From contig JAAPAO010000009.1 in the NCBI GenBank assembly GCA_013115145.1, positions 62,001-126,000 of the forward strand: a DNA stretch of 64,000 bases. The letters are read 5' to 3'. This DNA is from Perkinsus chesapeaki ATCC PRA-425 (lineage: Eukaryota > Protista > Perkinsozoa). Positions 34,528 through 46,200 of the stretch are shown here, piece by piece (position 1 is the stretch's first letter; each line of letters begins with the position of its first letter). Below the pieces are notes generated by a model that worked only from the letters and a program-made list of their open reading frames with translations, had not been told where the DNA came from and did no database searches. Position numbers and translations under genes: made by a program.

Positions 34528-35632
34528 ATGTTCAAGACAACAACAGCGGCGCCGTCGTCGTCGTCTCTATTTGGGGCTCTGCCAAAGGCGTCGGAAAGCA
34601 GCGCCCCGCCGGAGAGCAAATCCGCAGCAGAATGGAGAAGTCTGTTAGAGAGTGTCACGGCGAGTAATAGGGGGAAGGGGTGCTCGAGAGTTCACGGCGC
34701 AGTCGTAAGTTGGAATTTGCGAACTCAGGGCTCAACTGAAAATTTATACGTCGGTTGTTGTGATGCTTTTGGCTCGCTAGTAGCTCAACAGGACTACAGT
34801 TGATTCTCGAAGTGTACCGATGGTGCGATCAGGCCCCTCGAAGCCTCTAGTAGGAGGTGATTCATCTGACGTCACCGAGCGTGTGGCCGAGGCCCACGCT
34901 AAAATACGGCAGATGCTTCGGGTGGCCGGTCTGCTAAGGGAGCTGCAAGCTTCTTTTGCGGACAGGCAGAAGTCGCTGGTGACGCGGTTGTCGATGCTTG
35001 AAGAGGAAGCTGGGGAGTCGGTTGTCTTCAACATGAGGCTGGCAAAGCGGAAACAGGCGTAATGTGGCGGCGGTCTGGTTGAAGAGCCGTGCACCTGGTG
35101 CGGTTTAGAGTCCTGGCTCGGCAGGCAGCATTGGAGAAAAAGATGGCTGAGGTACTGGACTTGTTGAGGCGTCGACGGCAGGATTACCAAATAAAGGAGC
35201 TGCAGAGGAGTAATGGGGATGGGGGAGAGGAAGGCGGATGATATCGAAGACGCTCCAGGGCATGCGTGAAGCTCTCGAATATGCTGGGAATGTTCATGCA
35301 CTTGGGAGTTGCCTGGGAACCCTGGTTAAATTGGTGTTGCTTCAGAGGACCTTTGGGACGTCAACTGTCGACTAATAGATCTAACCAGAGGCCAGCTCAG
35401 CCAGCAGCTCAAGCCGACATCTTCGGGAACAGAGCAGACCGCAGAGCTTGACATGGCGAGGAGCTCCTCGCTGGTCAATGAGAAAGAGTGGGAACTAATC
35501 GAGCCACGCGTCACGGCGTCATTTATTACGTATCTCAGGATTGTGGCTTTACGTTCAAAGGTGGAGGAGCTGCGGAAGTCCGTAGAGGCCTGCGCGAGGT
35601 CCATCAACAACAACCAGCCGCATTTGCAGTGA
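34528..35632 (+). CDS. Coiled-coil protein with Ser-rich N-terminus (possibly nucleoporin Nup54/Nup58-like)
   Basis: MFKTTTAAPSSSSLFG start followed by heptad-rich exons. Only one FG; family assignment weak. Confidence 0.45.
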
Positions 35633-35749
35633 CATTAGTTTCCGTGCCGTTTCGTTGCGTTGTTTATCGGGCGAGCGCGCAATTTCGTGGCGCATCATTT
35701 TCGATCGCGGAGCATGATTGTTAGTTTAATTTTTCTGTGCGTCGTCGTG

Positions 35750-36619
35750 ATGGCCTCCATTCGCTGCGTTGCCGGTATTCTCATTCTGGATGATGAGGGG
35801 AAGAGGCTGGCGGCTAAGTAGGGGGCAGTTGGGGGCATTGGGGTAAGGCGGATGGTAGGTATTATGATGATAACAAGTTCGCTGATTTGGCGGCAGAGAA
35901 GAAGTTTGAGAAGGAGCTGATGGCTAAGACAGCCAGGCTTAATAATAGGAACGATGGTAGGGCTAGATCTGAAGGAAGTGTGGTAATAATTCATGTGGAT
36001 CAGTTGAGGTGGCTCTCGTGGATGAGTACGTGGTGCTGGTCCGGCAGTCTAATGATGTCATGCTGGCGGTAATAGGGGATAGGAAAGGAAATGTGGGGAG
36101 GAGCGGTATAGGTGCTGGCACGGGAGAGCGAGAACGACATTATGATGCTTGATTTTACTACCACTCTTTATCAAGTACTTTGCAATATTACACAGTAAGG
36201 GGGAGGTCGTGGGTTCGAACCCGGCAGCAGACCTTTTGTTAATTCAGTAACAATGTGTGCCGTAAGAAAATAATTGACAAACTCGACCTGGTTTTCCTTA
36301 TGATCGATGAGGCTGTCGAAAAAGGGTAACATACCTTCCGCTGTTTCGCGCCAAATTTTGCGCCGATCAGCGTCATACTCGAAATGGACTCTGCTGTGAT
36401 CACATCGAGGATCAAGATGCAGAACGACGAGTCTTCTACCACTGCAAGCGATGACCATGCGTCTGGGAGCTCTAGAGCGGTCCAGGGTAATAAGGGGTTG
36501 GGCAACGTGGAGGGATTGCAGTGGTTCCGGCAGGCTACTCGGGATCGAGCCAAGAAGCGTCCTTCAAATCGGCCTTGTCCAGCGTGAGAGACCAGATTGG
36601 CAATTTCTTGAGCCGATAA
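35750..36619 (+). CDS. COPZ: Coatomer subunit zeta
   Basis: MASIRCVAGILILDDEGKRLAAKYY, AEKKFEKELMAKT, ENDIMML, KLDLVFLMIDEAVEKG-VILEMD across short introns. Confidence 0.93.
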
Positions 36620-36751
36620 GAAGGATGTATATTTTACAGCGCGGAAAGGCCCACTACAGTTTCAAAATTGATATGTCTTATTCGGTCGAGTTTTGTGGGG
36701 AAGTCGGTATGATTCTGTAGGTTGTTTTTGTGAGATTATTTTGCTTATATA

Positions 36752-37285
36752 ATGTCTGGATTGGGGTTTATGGTTATGCATCCGGAGATGGCCTCCACGG
36801 TGTATGGCCTTAAGGAACACACGCAGCGAGGTACTATGGGACGGCTTAAGGATAATATTACGGCGGCGCATAAAGCTCTGGTCTTTATGAAGGTGCTCCA
36901 ACGAACTCATTCTAGCCTATTCCTCGGCTGCTGTGTAGAGTATCTTAGCTTGATTCTTACTTTTTTAGGGGAGGTTCCAGATGAGAATCTTCGGCTGCGG
37001 TTAACCATTAAGGATGATGATTCGGGTTTCTCGGAAGAATATCGAGTAAAGGACGCCAATGAGCTAGGCCCAGCCCTCCGGCTATTCACCAGCGCCTATA
37101 ACAAGGATGCAAAGGAGAAGGATGGTAAGGGAGCTGGGATGGAGCTGGATGCTCATTCTAAGGCAGACGGTCTTGTGGGGAAATTTGCCTTCACGTACGC
37201 GGGTAAGCCGGTGTATAGCGATCAGCGGCCATTCGATATTAAGATCAATAATGGAGACACTATAAAAGCAAGCCGGCAAACGTAG
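36752..37285 (+). CDS. Protein with divergent C-terminal SUMO-like (Rad60-SLD-type) ubiquitin fold
   Basis: LRLRLTIKDDDSG...EEYRVK...LFTSAY...FAFTYAGKPVYSDQRPFDIKINNGDTIKA follows the SUMO pattern; no di-Gly end; probable internal intron near 36892-36968. Confidence 0.55.
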   Translation: MSGLGFMVMHPEMASTVYGLKEHTQRGTMGRLKDNITAAHKALVFMKVLQRTHSSLFLGCCVEYLSLILTFLGEVPDENLRLRLTIKDDDSGFSEEYRVKDANELGPALRLFTSAYNKDAKEKDGKGAGMELDAHSKADGLVGKFAFTYAGKPVYSDQRPFDIKINNGDTIKASRQT

Positions 37286-37579
37286 GGGGGGGGGCTGGGA
37301 AGGCGAGCGCATTCTGGGTGATGCAGGTTCGCCGATATGGTCTAGCGGCGGGCTGCCTTATGCCTTCTGGCTCTGTCTAGTTCCTCAGGGTCCGCTGAAG
37401 CCCACTTCTTCCTTTAAAACCGTGCTACAGCAATAGAGAGTTTCTACCGTTCTATCTTGTACAGTATCATTAACGACTGTTGTAGTGCCCTATGAGTTGC
37501 GTTGGAGGGGTTAATAGTATTTGTTGGAGAAATGACGGGTGTGGGGTTCGAACTCGGGTGCTTTGCAGTTGATAATACA

Positions 37580-38462
37580 ATGATTAGACATCCTCGCTAT
37601 CCCGATGGTCCTCCACCACCTATGAGTGGCGTCATCGCGATATGCCCTCGGCCTCGATCAAAGGACGGTCGCCCTCTTAATTCATTGGACACGTATCCTT
37701 ACACAGTAAGACCACAGTGGAATAAGCGGTGTGAGCAGAAGTGTTGTTATTTAGCTGCAGCATCCCAGGACAGCGGGAACAGGATCAACGGGTTCGTCAA
37801 TACCTCCACCTAGCATTACGGTCCATCCAACTCAAGGAACTGGCAATGGCCCTGTGAAGGTACAATGTCTCTGTCAGGCTTCCTCTCGACTTGTTGGTTT
37901 CATTGAGGAAAACTCCTTTCTAGTAGCTGCAGACGCGCTCTCCATTTCTGCCAGTTGCCGCGTTCAATTTCGTTGTTGTCTCTGAGAACGGCGACATTTG
38001 AACAATCGCCCGAATCATGTTATCCCTTTTGCCTCTGTCAGACCGAATATATCGACCGTGAGGTCGAGGTTCCGGTCACCAAGTTTGTTCAGAAGATAAT
38101 CGAGATCCCGGTGGTGCAGAAAACTGTCGAGAAGCCTGTGGTGAAAACTGTCCAGAAATTCGTCGAAGTGCCCCAAGTAGACCCCAACGCCCATCTTCAA
38201 GGCCTCAGTGTTTTGCCTTTCAGATCGAATACGTCGACAGGTATGTCGACGTGCCTGTTGTGAAATACGTAGAGGTTGTACAGGAGGTGAAGGTTCCGCA
38301 GGTAAGATGCTCGATACCTGCCGGATGCTGGAGAGTGGCTCTTCCCAGGTTGTGAGGAAATATGTGGAGAAGATAGTAGAATACACTCCGCCAGAGTCGG
38401 CCAGGAGTGAAGCAGTAGATAAAGATAGCGACGGTGACGACACTGTAGTGGCCGCCGGTTAG
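37580..38462 (+). CDS. Alveolin / inner-membrane-complex-like protein
   Basis: Repeats EYIDREVEVPVTKFVQKIIEIPVVQKTVEKPVVKTVQKFVEVPQ / IEYVDRYVDVPVVKYVE / YVEKIVE; Pro-rich N-terminus. Confidence 0.75.
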
Positions 38463-38722
38463 AAGCCTTAAGTAAGCCATCGGTGACTTTGCTGATACTG
38501 TTCGGACCAGCGGTTTTGTTTCAGGGCGATCAGCTTTACGTCTTTGAATCGGAGTGACCATGAAAGCGCTATCTTTTGATAGCATACTTTTTTGAAGTTG
38601 TGACAAGCGAGATGTCTCTTGCGTTGCTAGTTGGTTAGTTGGCTGTGGGACAATTTGCACAATTAGTGCCGATAGCATCACTAACACTAGGTATTGTTTG
38701 ATTCCGGCCCCTTACATTTATA

Positions 38723-41001
38723 ATGTCTTCAAGCCAAGCGTTAAGTAATCGTGACGAAGGCGGTAGAACGCCCACTGACAGTATGCCACCGCCGCGCCTC
38801 GCCTCTTCATGGATTCTGTATTAGGTGGACTTCGCAGAAGGCGCAACAGTACCGTTCCAATCCTTACGAAGTGTCCAGAGTGTACCCCAACCGCGCACTG
38901 CTCCAAGTGCCTTCTTGATTTTTACACGGGTCTCTGCGATGCCTATGGTTCTAAAGTAAATCGCCAATCTGCGCTAGTACCTGCGGAAGCCAACGTGTCA
39001 GGTGGACCCTGCGTTTGTGACGGCGCTGGTGACTCGCTGGCCCCAGGTGGTGCTGAGTCTGAGGTCTCCGTTGGATTCAAGCGTGATGCCCGTCCTGCAG
39101 ACTGTTGGGGAAGCCCCCTTCGTGCAGGGCCTTCATATGGGCACCCATCTGAGGTGCGGACAGTCGCATCGCTCCGCCTTTTTTTCATGTGTGGTTTTTG
39201 TTCCAGTCGTGGCTGGAGGGGAGAGGGTAACTGGATTTGCCGTGCCCTACAGATTCCCCTGCCATCCCTAGCCAACTCCTTGAAGAAGCTCGACCTTCAG
39301 AGGCTAGGTATCTTCAAAGATATTCTTGGCAGTGCGCAACGGTCCGCGTCCTAGGTATCGACGGCCACGGTGCAAGGCAGCTGGCTTCTGCAGTCGTTCA
39401 ACTTAACTGCTTGAAGGATCTTATTCTGTCACATAATTACCTAGGGTATTCTACATGCCTACCGTGGCGCTTCTTGGAGCTGCTCTCGCTAGATACGAAG
39501 GAGGTCAAGATGCGATCGTCAAGATCGTCGAAGAGGGCCCCAAAACCTTGCGATACATCGATATTAGCTTCAATGCGTAACACCTTCAGCATCCCGATTG
39601 CCCTATTCATTCCCGTTTCTGTCAGTATCGGCTATCTCAACGTCAGAAGCATCATGCACGCTGTAGGCGAGCGAAACAAGTCCATTGTGAGTGCCAGCTG
39701 CCTTCTTGCCGCTAGCACTGGTATGTCTCAGGCCGATGGTATGGAGATGAAAGCCGTACAGCAGAAGACTGAGGAGGTTATTGTTACCGATGAGACTACC
39801 GAGGCCACTGTGGTGTCGAAGCCCAAGCAAGAGAGGAAGCTCACCCGTAGGCTCCGAGGCTTGGGTTACTTGGTATTGCCTTTCAGCCTTCTCTCCCCAC
39901 TCGCACTGCTGCAGTCATTGCCGTGTCAACTACGATGGCAACTTTGTTGTGGAGGAGATCTGGAATGCCGTCACTCACGGGCTCGGACTGTAGGCCAATC
40001 CCTTATGATAGCGTTCGATGCCTTTCCAGAGTGTTGGTCATTCCCGGCCTAATTGACCTTATGGTCCTCTCCGCGGATGAGCCGGTAGGCTGTCGGATGG
40101 CCGTCCTCGCCTACATGCTGAGCTGCACGGTACGTACCGCGCATTGTCCCCTCGCCTCGGACGCGGCTGTTGTCTTTCAGCTCCTGTTCGCGGTGTCTAC
40201 CCTGTTCCACGCCTTCTTCATGCTGGACCTTACCTCCAGGATTTTCCAAGTTCTCGACCACAGCTCGATTTTCGTTCTCATCGCCGGCAGCTACACCCCC
40301 TTCTGTGTCCTGCTTTTCGGCGATGATCCGAACGTGAGTCGCTGCTTCGCTCCGCTGGATTTTGTGGCATGTTTCACGTTTTAGGGAAGCCGTGTTTTAA
40401 TAACTGAATGGGTTCTGGCTGCAGTCGGCATCACAGCCCATATTATTGCCGTTCACTTCCCCAAGATCCGTCATGCTCCCTTGTATGTCTACGGCGAGGT
40501 GAGGCGCCGCCCTTTTCACTGCCGATTGACTTATTGTGCTTTGTCAGCTGGTCCTCTATGTATTGATGGGTTGGATGGCCGTAGCTGTCTGGGACACCTT
40601 CGTTAACACGACACCAGTAAGCCTCTCCTCTCACTGTGGAGGCCATCCCAAATTACTACTCCTCGCCGTGCTTCCTCTTGCCTACATTATCGCTTTCTTA
40701 GGTTCACATTCAGTACCTGATCGCCGGTGGTGGCCTCATATACATGGGAGGATTGCCGTTCTACATACTGGACAATATCAAGGTATCTCCTGCCTCTTGT
40801 TCGATGAACCTGTTGTCTCTCAGACGATCCCCATCCTGCACTGTGTGTGGCATCTCTTCGTGTTGGTCGCAGCCATAGTCCATTTCTGCGCCGTAAGTTT
40901 CCAAGTTGTATGCCATCTTTTATAGCGTCTTTCAGGTGCGGGAATCCGTTATATACTATAACAACCAGCATGGCATACCAATGCTTGGAGGCTCTCCTTA
41001 G
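38723..41001 (+). CDS. RNI-like leucine-rich-repeat protein fused to a hemolysin-III/PAQR membrane domain (multi-exon)
   Basis: LRRs LKKLDLQRLGIDGHGARQLA / LKDLILSHNYLGYEGG / LRYIDISFNAIGYLN continue without a stop into EEIWNAVTHGLG, STLFHAF, LDHSSIFVLIAGSYTPF, LYVLMGW, GGLIYMGGLPFY, HCVWHLFVLVAAIVHF. Confidence 0.8.
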
Positions 41002-41552
41002 AAGAATTATTTCAGCATCGAGAAGTGCCAACTTCACACAGTTTCAAATAGCTCAGTATCCTTGTGTTAGCATTGATGAGGAGATCAAGCAGCGGAGATA
41101 TCGTCCTCTTTCCAGTGGCCGAACTCCTTCCAGCACTTTCGCAGCTCGACGAGTACCTGGAGATATATCACCTCTTGAAAGAGCCACGAGCACGCTGCTG
41201 ATGGCGAGGCGTATGAGGATACGATATTAGAATGACGATGCTGATGTGCTTCGACTGTCGAGATCGAACCGCGGTGGCCAGGCATGTTTGTAAATGCCCA
41301 CTACTGCACATCAGCTTGCTTTATAGCAGCCCAAATTTTCACCGTATTCTCAGCACATTTGGCCTAGCGCTGAAGTTAACCCGGAGGCAAGGTGCGTGTT
41401 CTGTGAAGTACCGCGCAGTAGGCCGGGATGGCTTTTGCAATTTAGACCTTGCAGTTTCAAGTATCTTGACGCAATTGTGTTCCTAGTAGTGTGGTGTTGG
41501 TCAACATTTGGAGTGTAATGTGTACTGCCTCAGTTTGACGTTGATTGAGGCA

Positions 41553-43094
41553 ATGCCACCGAATCGCCGTCGTTCTCGAGTTTCTATAAGCTCAACTGCC
41601 TCGTCGAGGAGTATCACTTCCCAGGAGAGCCGGAAGAGCCTAAAGCCGACTGGCACTCCAGACTTCACAGCCGTTTTTAACGTGGTGATGACCGCTGTTG
41701 GTGTCGGTTTGTTAGCCCTGGCAAAGGCGTCGGCTAATGTGGGCTATGTTATGGCTATCATATTGATGCTAGGTTGTGGTGCTCTAGGATGGTGTATGGT
41801 GTATCTACTGTACAAGTGCAGACTCATGGCTCTGGCTCTTGGCCTCGAACATGTTCCCGCCTATGAGGACATTGGCCGGGCCGCGTTCGGGAAAGCTGGT
41901 GGTATCATCGTCGCCATCTGCCTGCATATTTCTCTTATCGGCACTTCCTGTGTGCTCATGCTTTTGCTCGGGCAGAACTCTTATCACATTTATGATGGCA
42001 TTGGTGTGGATTTATGGATTGTCATCTGGACGGTTATTCTCACGCCGGTCAACTGGCTGAAAACTATGCGCGAAATCGGGTACATGTCAAGCACAGTGGG
42101 AGTGTTCTCCATTCTTCTCACTTTGGTGGGCCTAACAGCCGCCGGTTTCGCCCAGGCAATCACTGTCAAGCCGCACGCTCCCTACGAACCATTTGTACCG
42201 AAGCCTCTGTCGATTATAGGAGGCTATACAACATTCTCATTCGCCTACTCTGTCACTTGTAGTACTACAACAGTAACCCACGACATGCGATATCCTACCC
42301 ATGCTCCGAAAGTATTTCTCATATCATTTATTTCTCTTATCTTTGTCTATGGTCTTGTGACCTTGGCCGGGTATCTTGGTTGGGGACAGAAACTGTTATG
42401 TTACGATAACGTGCTTGAAGCAATGTCAAGAGACGCGTGGGGATATGTATCATTCGTAGGCATCATAATGCTTTCTGCTACACATTATGCAGTATTGTTG
42501 CATCCATCATGCCGTGCTATCGAGTATCTTACTGGTCTCGAGGAGGGGACCTCCAAGGCTCGCAAGCTTGGCCGATGGCCTACGTTTATTATAACAAGTG
42601 CTTTACGTAGTCTGTTAGTCGTTATCACTGCTGTCATCGCTATAACAGTTCCCAACTTCTCACTTCAAATCGATCTTCTCTCGGCAATTACGTACACGCT
42701 TATACATTTGATATTCCCACCATTGTTCTACATGAGGCTCAAGTACAAGTTAGCTGGTCTTAACAGGCCTGGCAATCTAGGAACCGGCAAAGGGAAGGTG
42801 CTGACGGCCTGTTTGATTTTCCTCATGACCATTGCTCTTATGGCGTCAGGAGTGACTATCTACAAAACGGTCGAACCAGGCCCTACGCCCGCACTATGTG
42901 AAACGATTAAGGCTTCTGTCGAGCAGCCCAAAGTTCAGGCTAGCGCTATCTCTGATGTGGAGGTGCTGGAGGATAACGACGTAAGCGAGGTCGACGAAGA
43001 GGAGGCCACCTCCGACAACCTCCGCGGCAGCGAGTATGAAAAGCTGCCGGAAAAAGAAGATGAAAATGACGAAGATGAAGATGATGAAATGTGA
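41553..43094 (+). CDS. Amino acid/auxin permease (AAAP/SLC36-38-like) transporter, intronless
   Basis: FNVVMTAVGVGLLAL, AYEDIGRAAFGK, multiple TM helices, FSFAYS, AITVPNFS; acidic tail. Confidence 0.92.
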   Translation: MPPNRRRSRVSISSTASSRSITSQESRKSLKPTGTPDFTAVFNVVMTAVGVGLLALAKASANVGYVMAIILMLGCGALGWCMVYLLYKCRLMALALGLEHVPAYEDIGRAAFGKAGGIIVAICLHISLIGTSCVLMLLLGQNSYHIYDGIGVDLWIVIWTVILTPVNWLKTMREIGYMSSTVGVFSILLTLVGLTAAGFAQAITVKPHAPYEPFVPKPLSIIGGYTTFSFAYSVTCSTTTVTHDMRYPTHAPKVFLISFISLIFVYGLVTLAGYLGWGQKLLCYDNVLEAMSRDAWGYVSFVGIIMLSATHYAVLLHPSCRAIEYLTGLEEGTSKARKLGRWPTFIITSALRSLLVVITAVIAITVPNFSLQIDLLSAITYTLIHLIFPPLFYMRLKYKLAGLNRPGNLGTGKGKVLTACLIFLMTIALMASGVTIYKTVEPGPTPALCETIKASVEQPKVQASAISDVEVLEDNDVSEVDEEEATSDNLRGSEYEKLPEKEDENDEDEDDEM

Positions 43095-43214
43095 TCCTTT
43101 GTTTACAGACCGACTTTAAGTTAGCTCCATGTCGTGTTGTGGCAGTTGGATATTACTCGATAACACAAAACATGCTTTCAACGGAAACGATTCACACGAC
43201 GTGTTAAACGACAC

Positions 43215-46200
43215 TCATGCGGTTATTTCGGGAACGGTCTCTCGGGCGATGTCTTCCTCTGCCATCTCCTCTCGTAGTTGAGCTCGGACCCGCTGCTCCT
43301 CATCAAGCAGCCATAGAGGTTTGATGTACCTTCCAAAACAAAACTAACAGCGGAATCTCGATTATTCCACCTACCGAACTTTGGCACCTCTCGCCCGCAT
43401 CTTCTCCATATAATGAACCATCGCCAAGTTAGGCCGCGCCGTCCTCGGGAGGACCTCGAACTTCCATGGCTTTATATGAGCGCGCAAAGCTATTCGCTCC
43501 ATGTACCTGAACGAAACCATGCCCGACTTGACCAAAACATTGGCACCTACACCACAGTGACGCTGCCACCAACTCGCTTGAGCATATCAATTGAGGACTG
43601 GTCGACACTCGCAACCTCGATGTCCACTTTGTAACTGCACAACCCGAGGACACTGGCGTAGACGAGGGCAGCAGCGGCGGCTCACGGGAAGGGGTAGTCG
43701 TTGTAGTTGAAGAGCCGCACACCATTGCGGACCCGCTTGACGCATCGACTCTCGAAGAGATGGCGCTGAGTGATCGGATATCTTGTATCAAGCCGCCCAT
43801 GCTCGATAAACTTCCTACCGGAAGAAGAGTTTATAATGACCGCGCGCCACGAAACTCACCGCAGTCTAGCAAGGCTCAGCGTCTCCAGCTGCTGATATTT
43901 GCTCGACATCTCCCTCTTCGCTCCAGGCCACTTTGGGAACCTGTCTCACCCCCCGTGGACGGCAAAGTAATGCCAGAGTCTCACTTGTTGTAATATGCTC
44001 GGTTTCCTCCATCCCAGGTCTCCGGGTCCTTAAATAAATGAATCCCTCCAATCTACGGTGCCACCAAGGCTTACCACATCCATCCCTCTATCGTGCTGCA
44101 GTTTAATGCCTCGCTGGCTCTTACCTCTCCCTCGCACTCGTTTCTTTTTTTTCTTTTGAACCTGACGCAACCGAAATCCGCCAGCCTCGCCGCAGTCTTG
44201 TCACCTGCCGTCCGTGACCGTTCCTCATGTTCTTAGCGCAGATGGGGAAGAACGGCCGACTGGTGTAAGCAAACCGTGGGTTGAAGGGACGCGGGGTGAA
44301 CCTCTGCAGCAGCTGAGGAGGCTCGGTGGCGTCCGAAGGTCTGCCCGTATGACTACGAGGAAGCAGCGGCCACATCACGCTCACTTGGGGGCTTCCGGAC
44401 CCAGGCTGGAAGCTGACGAGAATAGTCGACAGAGCGACCGGCAAAGCGGAATGGATCTTGTCGTGGAGGACAAACGCGGCACCAGCAGCATCACGATCAA
44501 CTCGGGAGATATCCCAACCCATCTGAGATTGAAAACTCAACTCTTCGAGAGTGGACGTTGAAACAGATACACGGTGTTAGGAGCTAGAGTACTTCAGAGA
44601 CCTGCAGGGACACAAGCTGAGGATAGGACAGCCGACCATCGCCGCGCCTACGCTTCCCGCAGCAGGGCTTCCTTCTCTGAGCCTAGACCAGTGCAAGCTT
44701 TGCATTTCGCCACGAAACTCGAAGTCAGGACGTCGTCATGGAGGACCTGAGGGCCGAGCTTCGAGGTAAGATACTCTTTTCCGTGACGTACCGCGTTGGC
44801 GAACTGTATCCAGTCCTTGACGGGATCGATCCCGCTACTCCCGCTGACTAGGAACGCCAAGCGGCCCACAGTGGTGCTGATCAGAGAGCCAGCGGAACCA
44901 CCGCCGAGGATGACGTCTTCGAGAACGGTCAGTAACTGACATGAGCAAGCGTGCAACTTCATACCGCTCCTCTCAAAAATACCTCGCGGTCCATGACCCG
45001 AGCGGCTCCTCGCCAGTCGCCGGCGTTCACATAGCAGAGGGCCGAGGTCAGACCTACAACATTAGCTGGTAGCAGATAGGCACCGAAATGGACGTACGTT
45101 GGTCCCTGGTCTTGAGGCCTATCCGAGGGGCCGCTGCCGACCAGAGCAGTGAATTGAGATCATCCTCACCCAGGAGGGCATCGAGGGCGGCAGCCACTGG
45201 CTCGGGGAGAAGTTCTTCTTTGTCGGGGAATCTACGGCGGCAGATATAGCTTGACGTGAAGGGTAGCGTACTGCGGCGGTGTCCCTCGGTGGTCGCCACT
45301 AGGAAGGCCCATCACAGTGCGGCAAAAGGCATCGGAAGCCTCGGGTAGGTTACGATAGACGAGATCAGTGACGAACAATCGGATGGAGGAGGATGGTATC
45401 CAAAGGTACTCACAGAAGACCTGGAAAGGAAACGGTATAGAGATGGAGGCCTGCTGCTTGAGGCAGTCCTACCAGCGCGGCCCATTGCCACAGGCCAGCA
45501 GCTTCCAGCCAGTGGGCAGTTACGGACGCTAGTCTAGCAGCCGAGGGAGAGGATAATGTAACATCTGAGGGATGAGTAATATACAGCAAGCTTGTCGGGG
45601 CTCACCAAAGATAGAAGAGTAGACCAGGAAGGCTAAGAAGGCAGTGAAGGGCTCGGGAGAGGCGCAGCTGTTGCTCAGTAAGGTATCGGCCAACCTACAA
45701 AAAAGTGCAATGGCGATGTACTTCACAGACGGCCTACTCCTCAGGAGCCGTAAGACCAGCCTGAACTCGAAGCAGCTCCCATTCTACGCCGCGACCTTTG
45801 CCAACCGCCTTGACGGTGTCCAATACGGAACTGAGCAACGGCAATGACTAATGTAGGGCGTAAAAGGACCTACTATCGGCCACCGTCATCCTTCACGCCA
45901 TAGCAGTAGTAGGCAGCAAATTTCTCAGCCCAGGAGGAGCATCGGCAGAGAACCTCCTCAGAGTCGACCTCGCCTGAGGAATGGCGTGATCGACCGGATC
46001 GCCAATGGTTTGGTTACCCGCAAGTAGCTGGTAAACAGCGGCCACGGCGCCCTTGATGTGACCAGGGCTGTCCAGCTTCCATTGGTCCAGTTGCTGCCTC
46101 AGTACCGCAACGGTGTCCTCACCTGTGACACAAGTGTAGTACTACAGCGGAGCATCTTGCCCTCTTACTGCGAGCGCTCTCCCAGTCCATCGAGTCAAAG

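Noticed and set aside
36204-36235. tRNA T-arm / B-box-like GGTCGTGGGTTCGAACCCGGC (a similar GGGGTTCGAACTC lies near 37546)
   Set aside because: Lies inside a ~50-nt COPZ intron with no D-arm, A-box, anticodon arm or acceptor stem; at most a relic.
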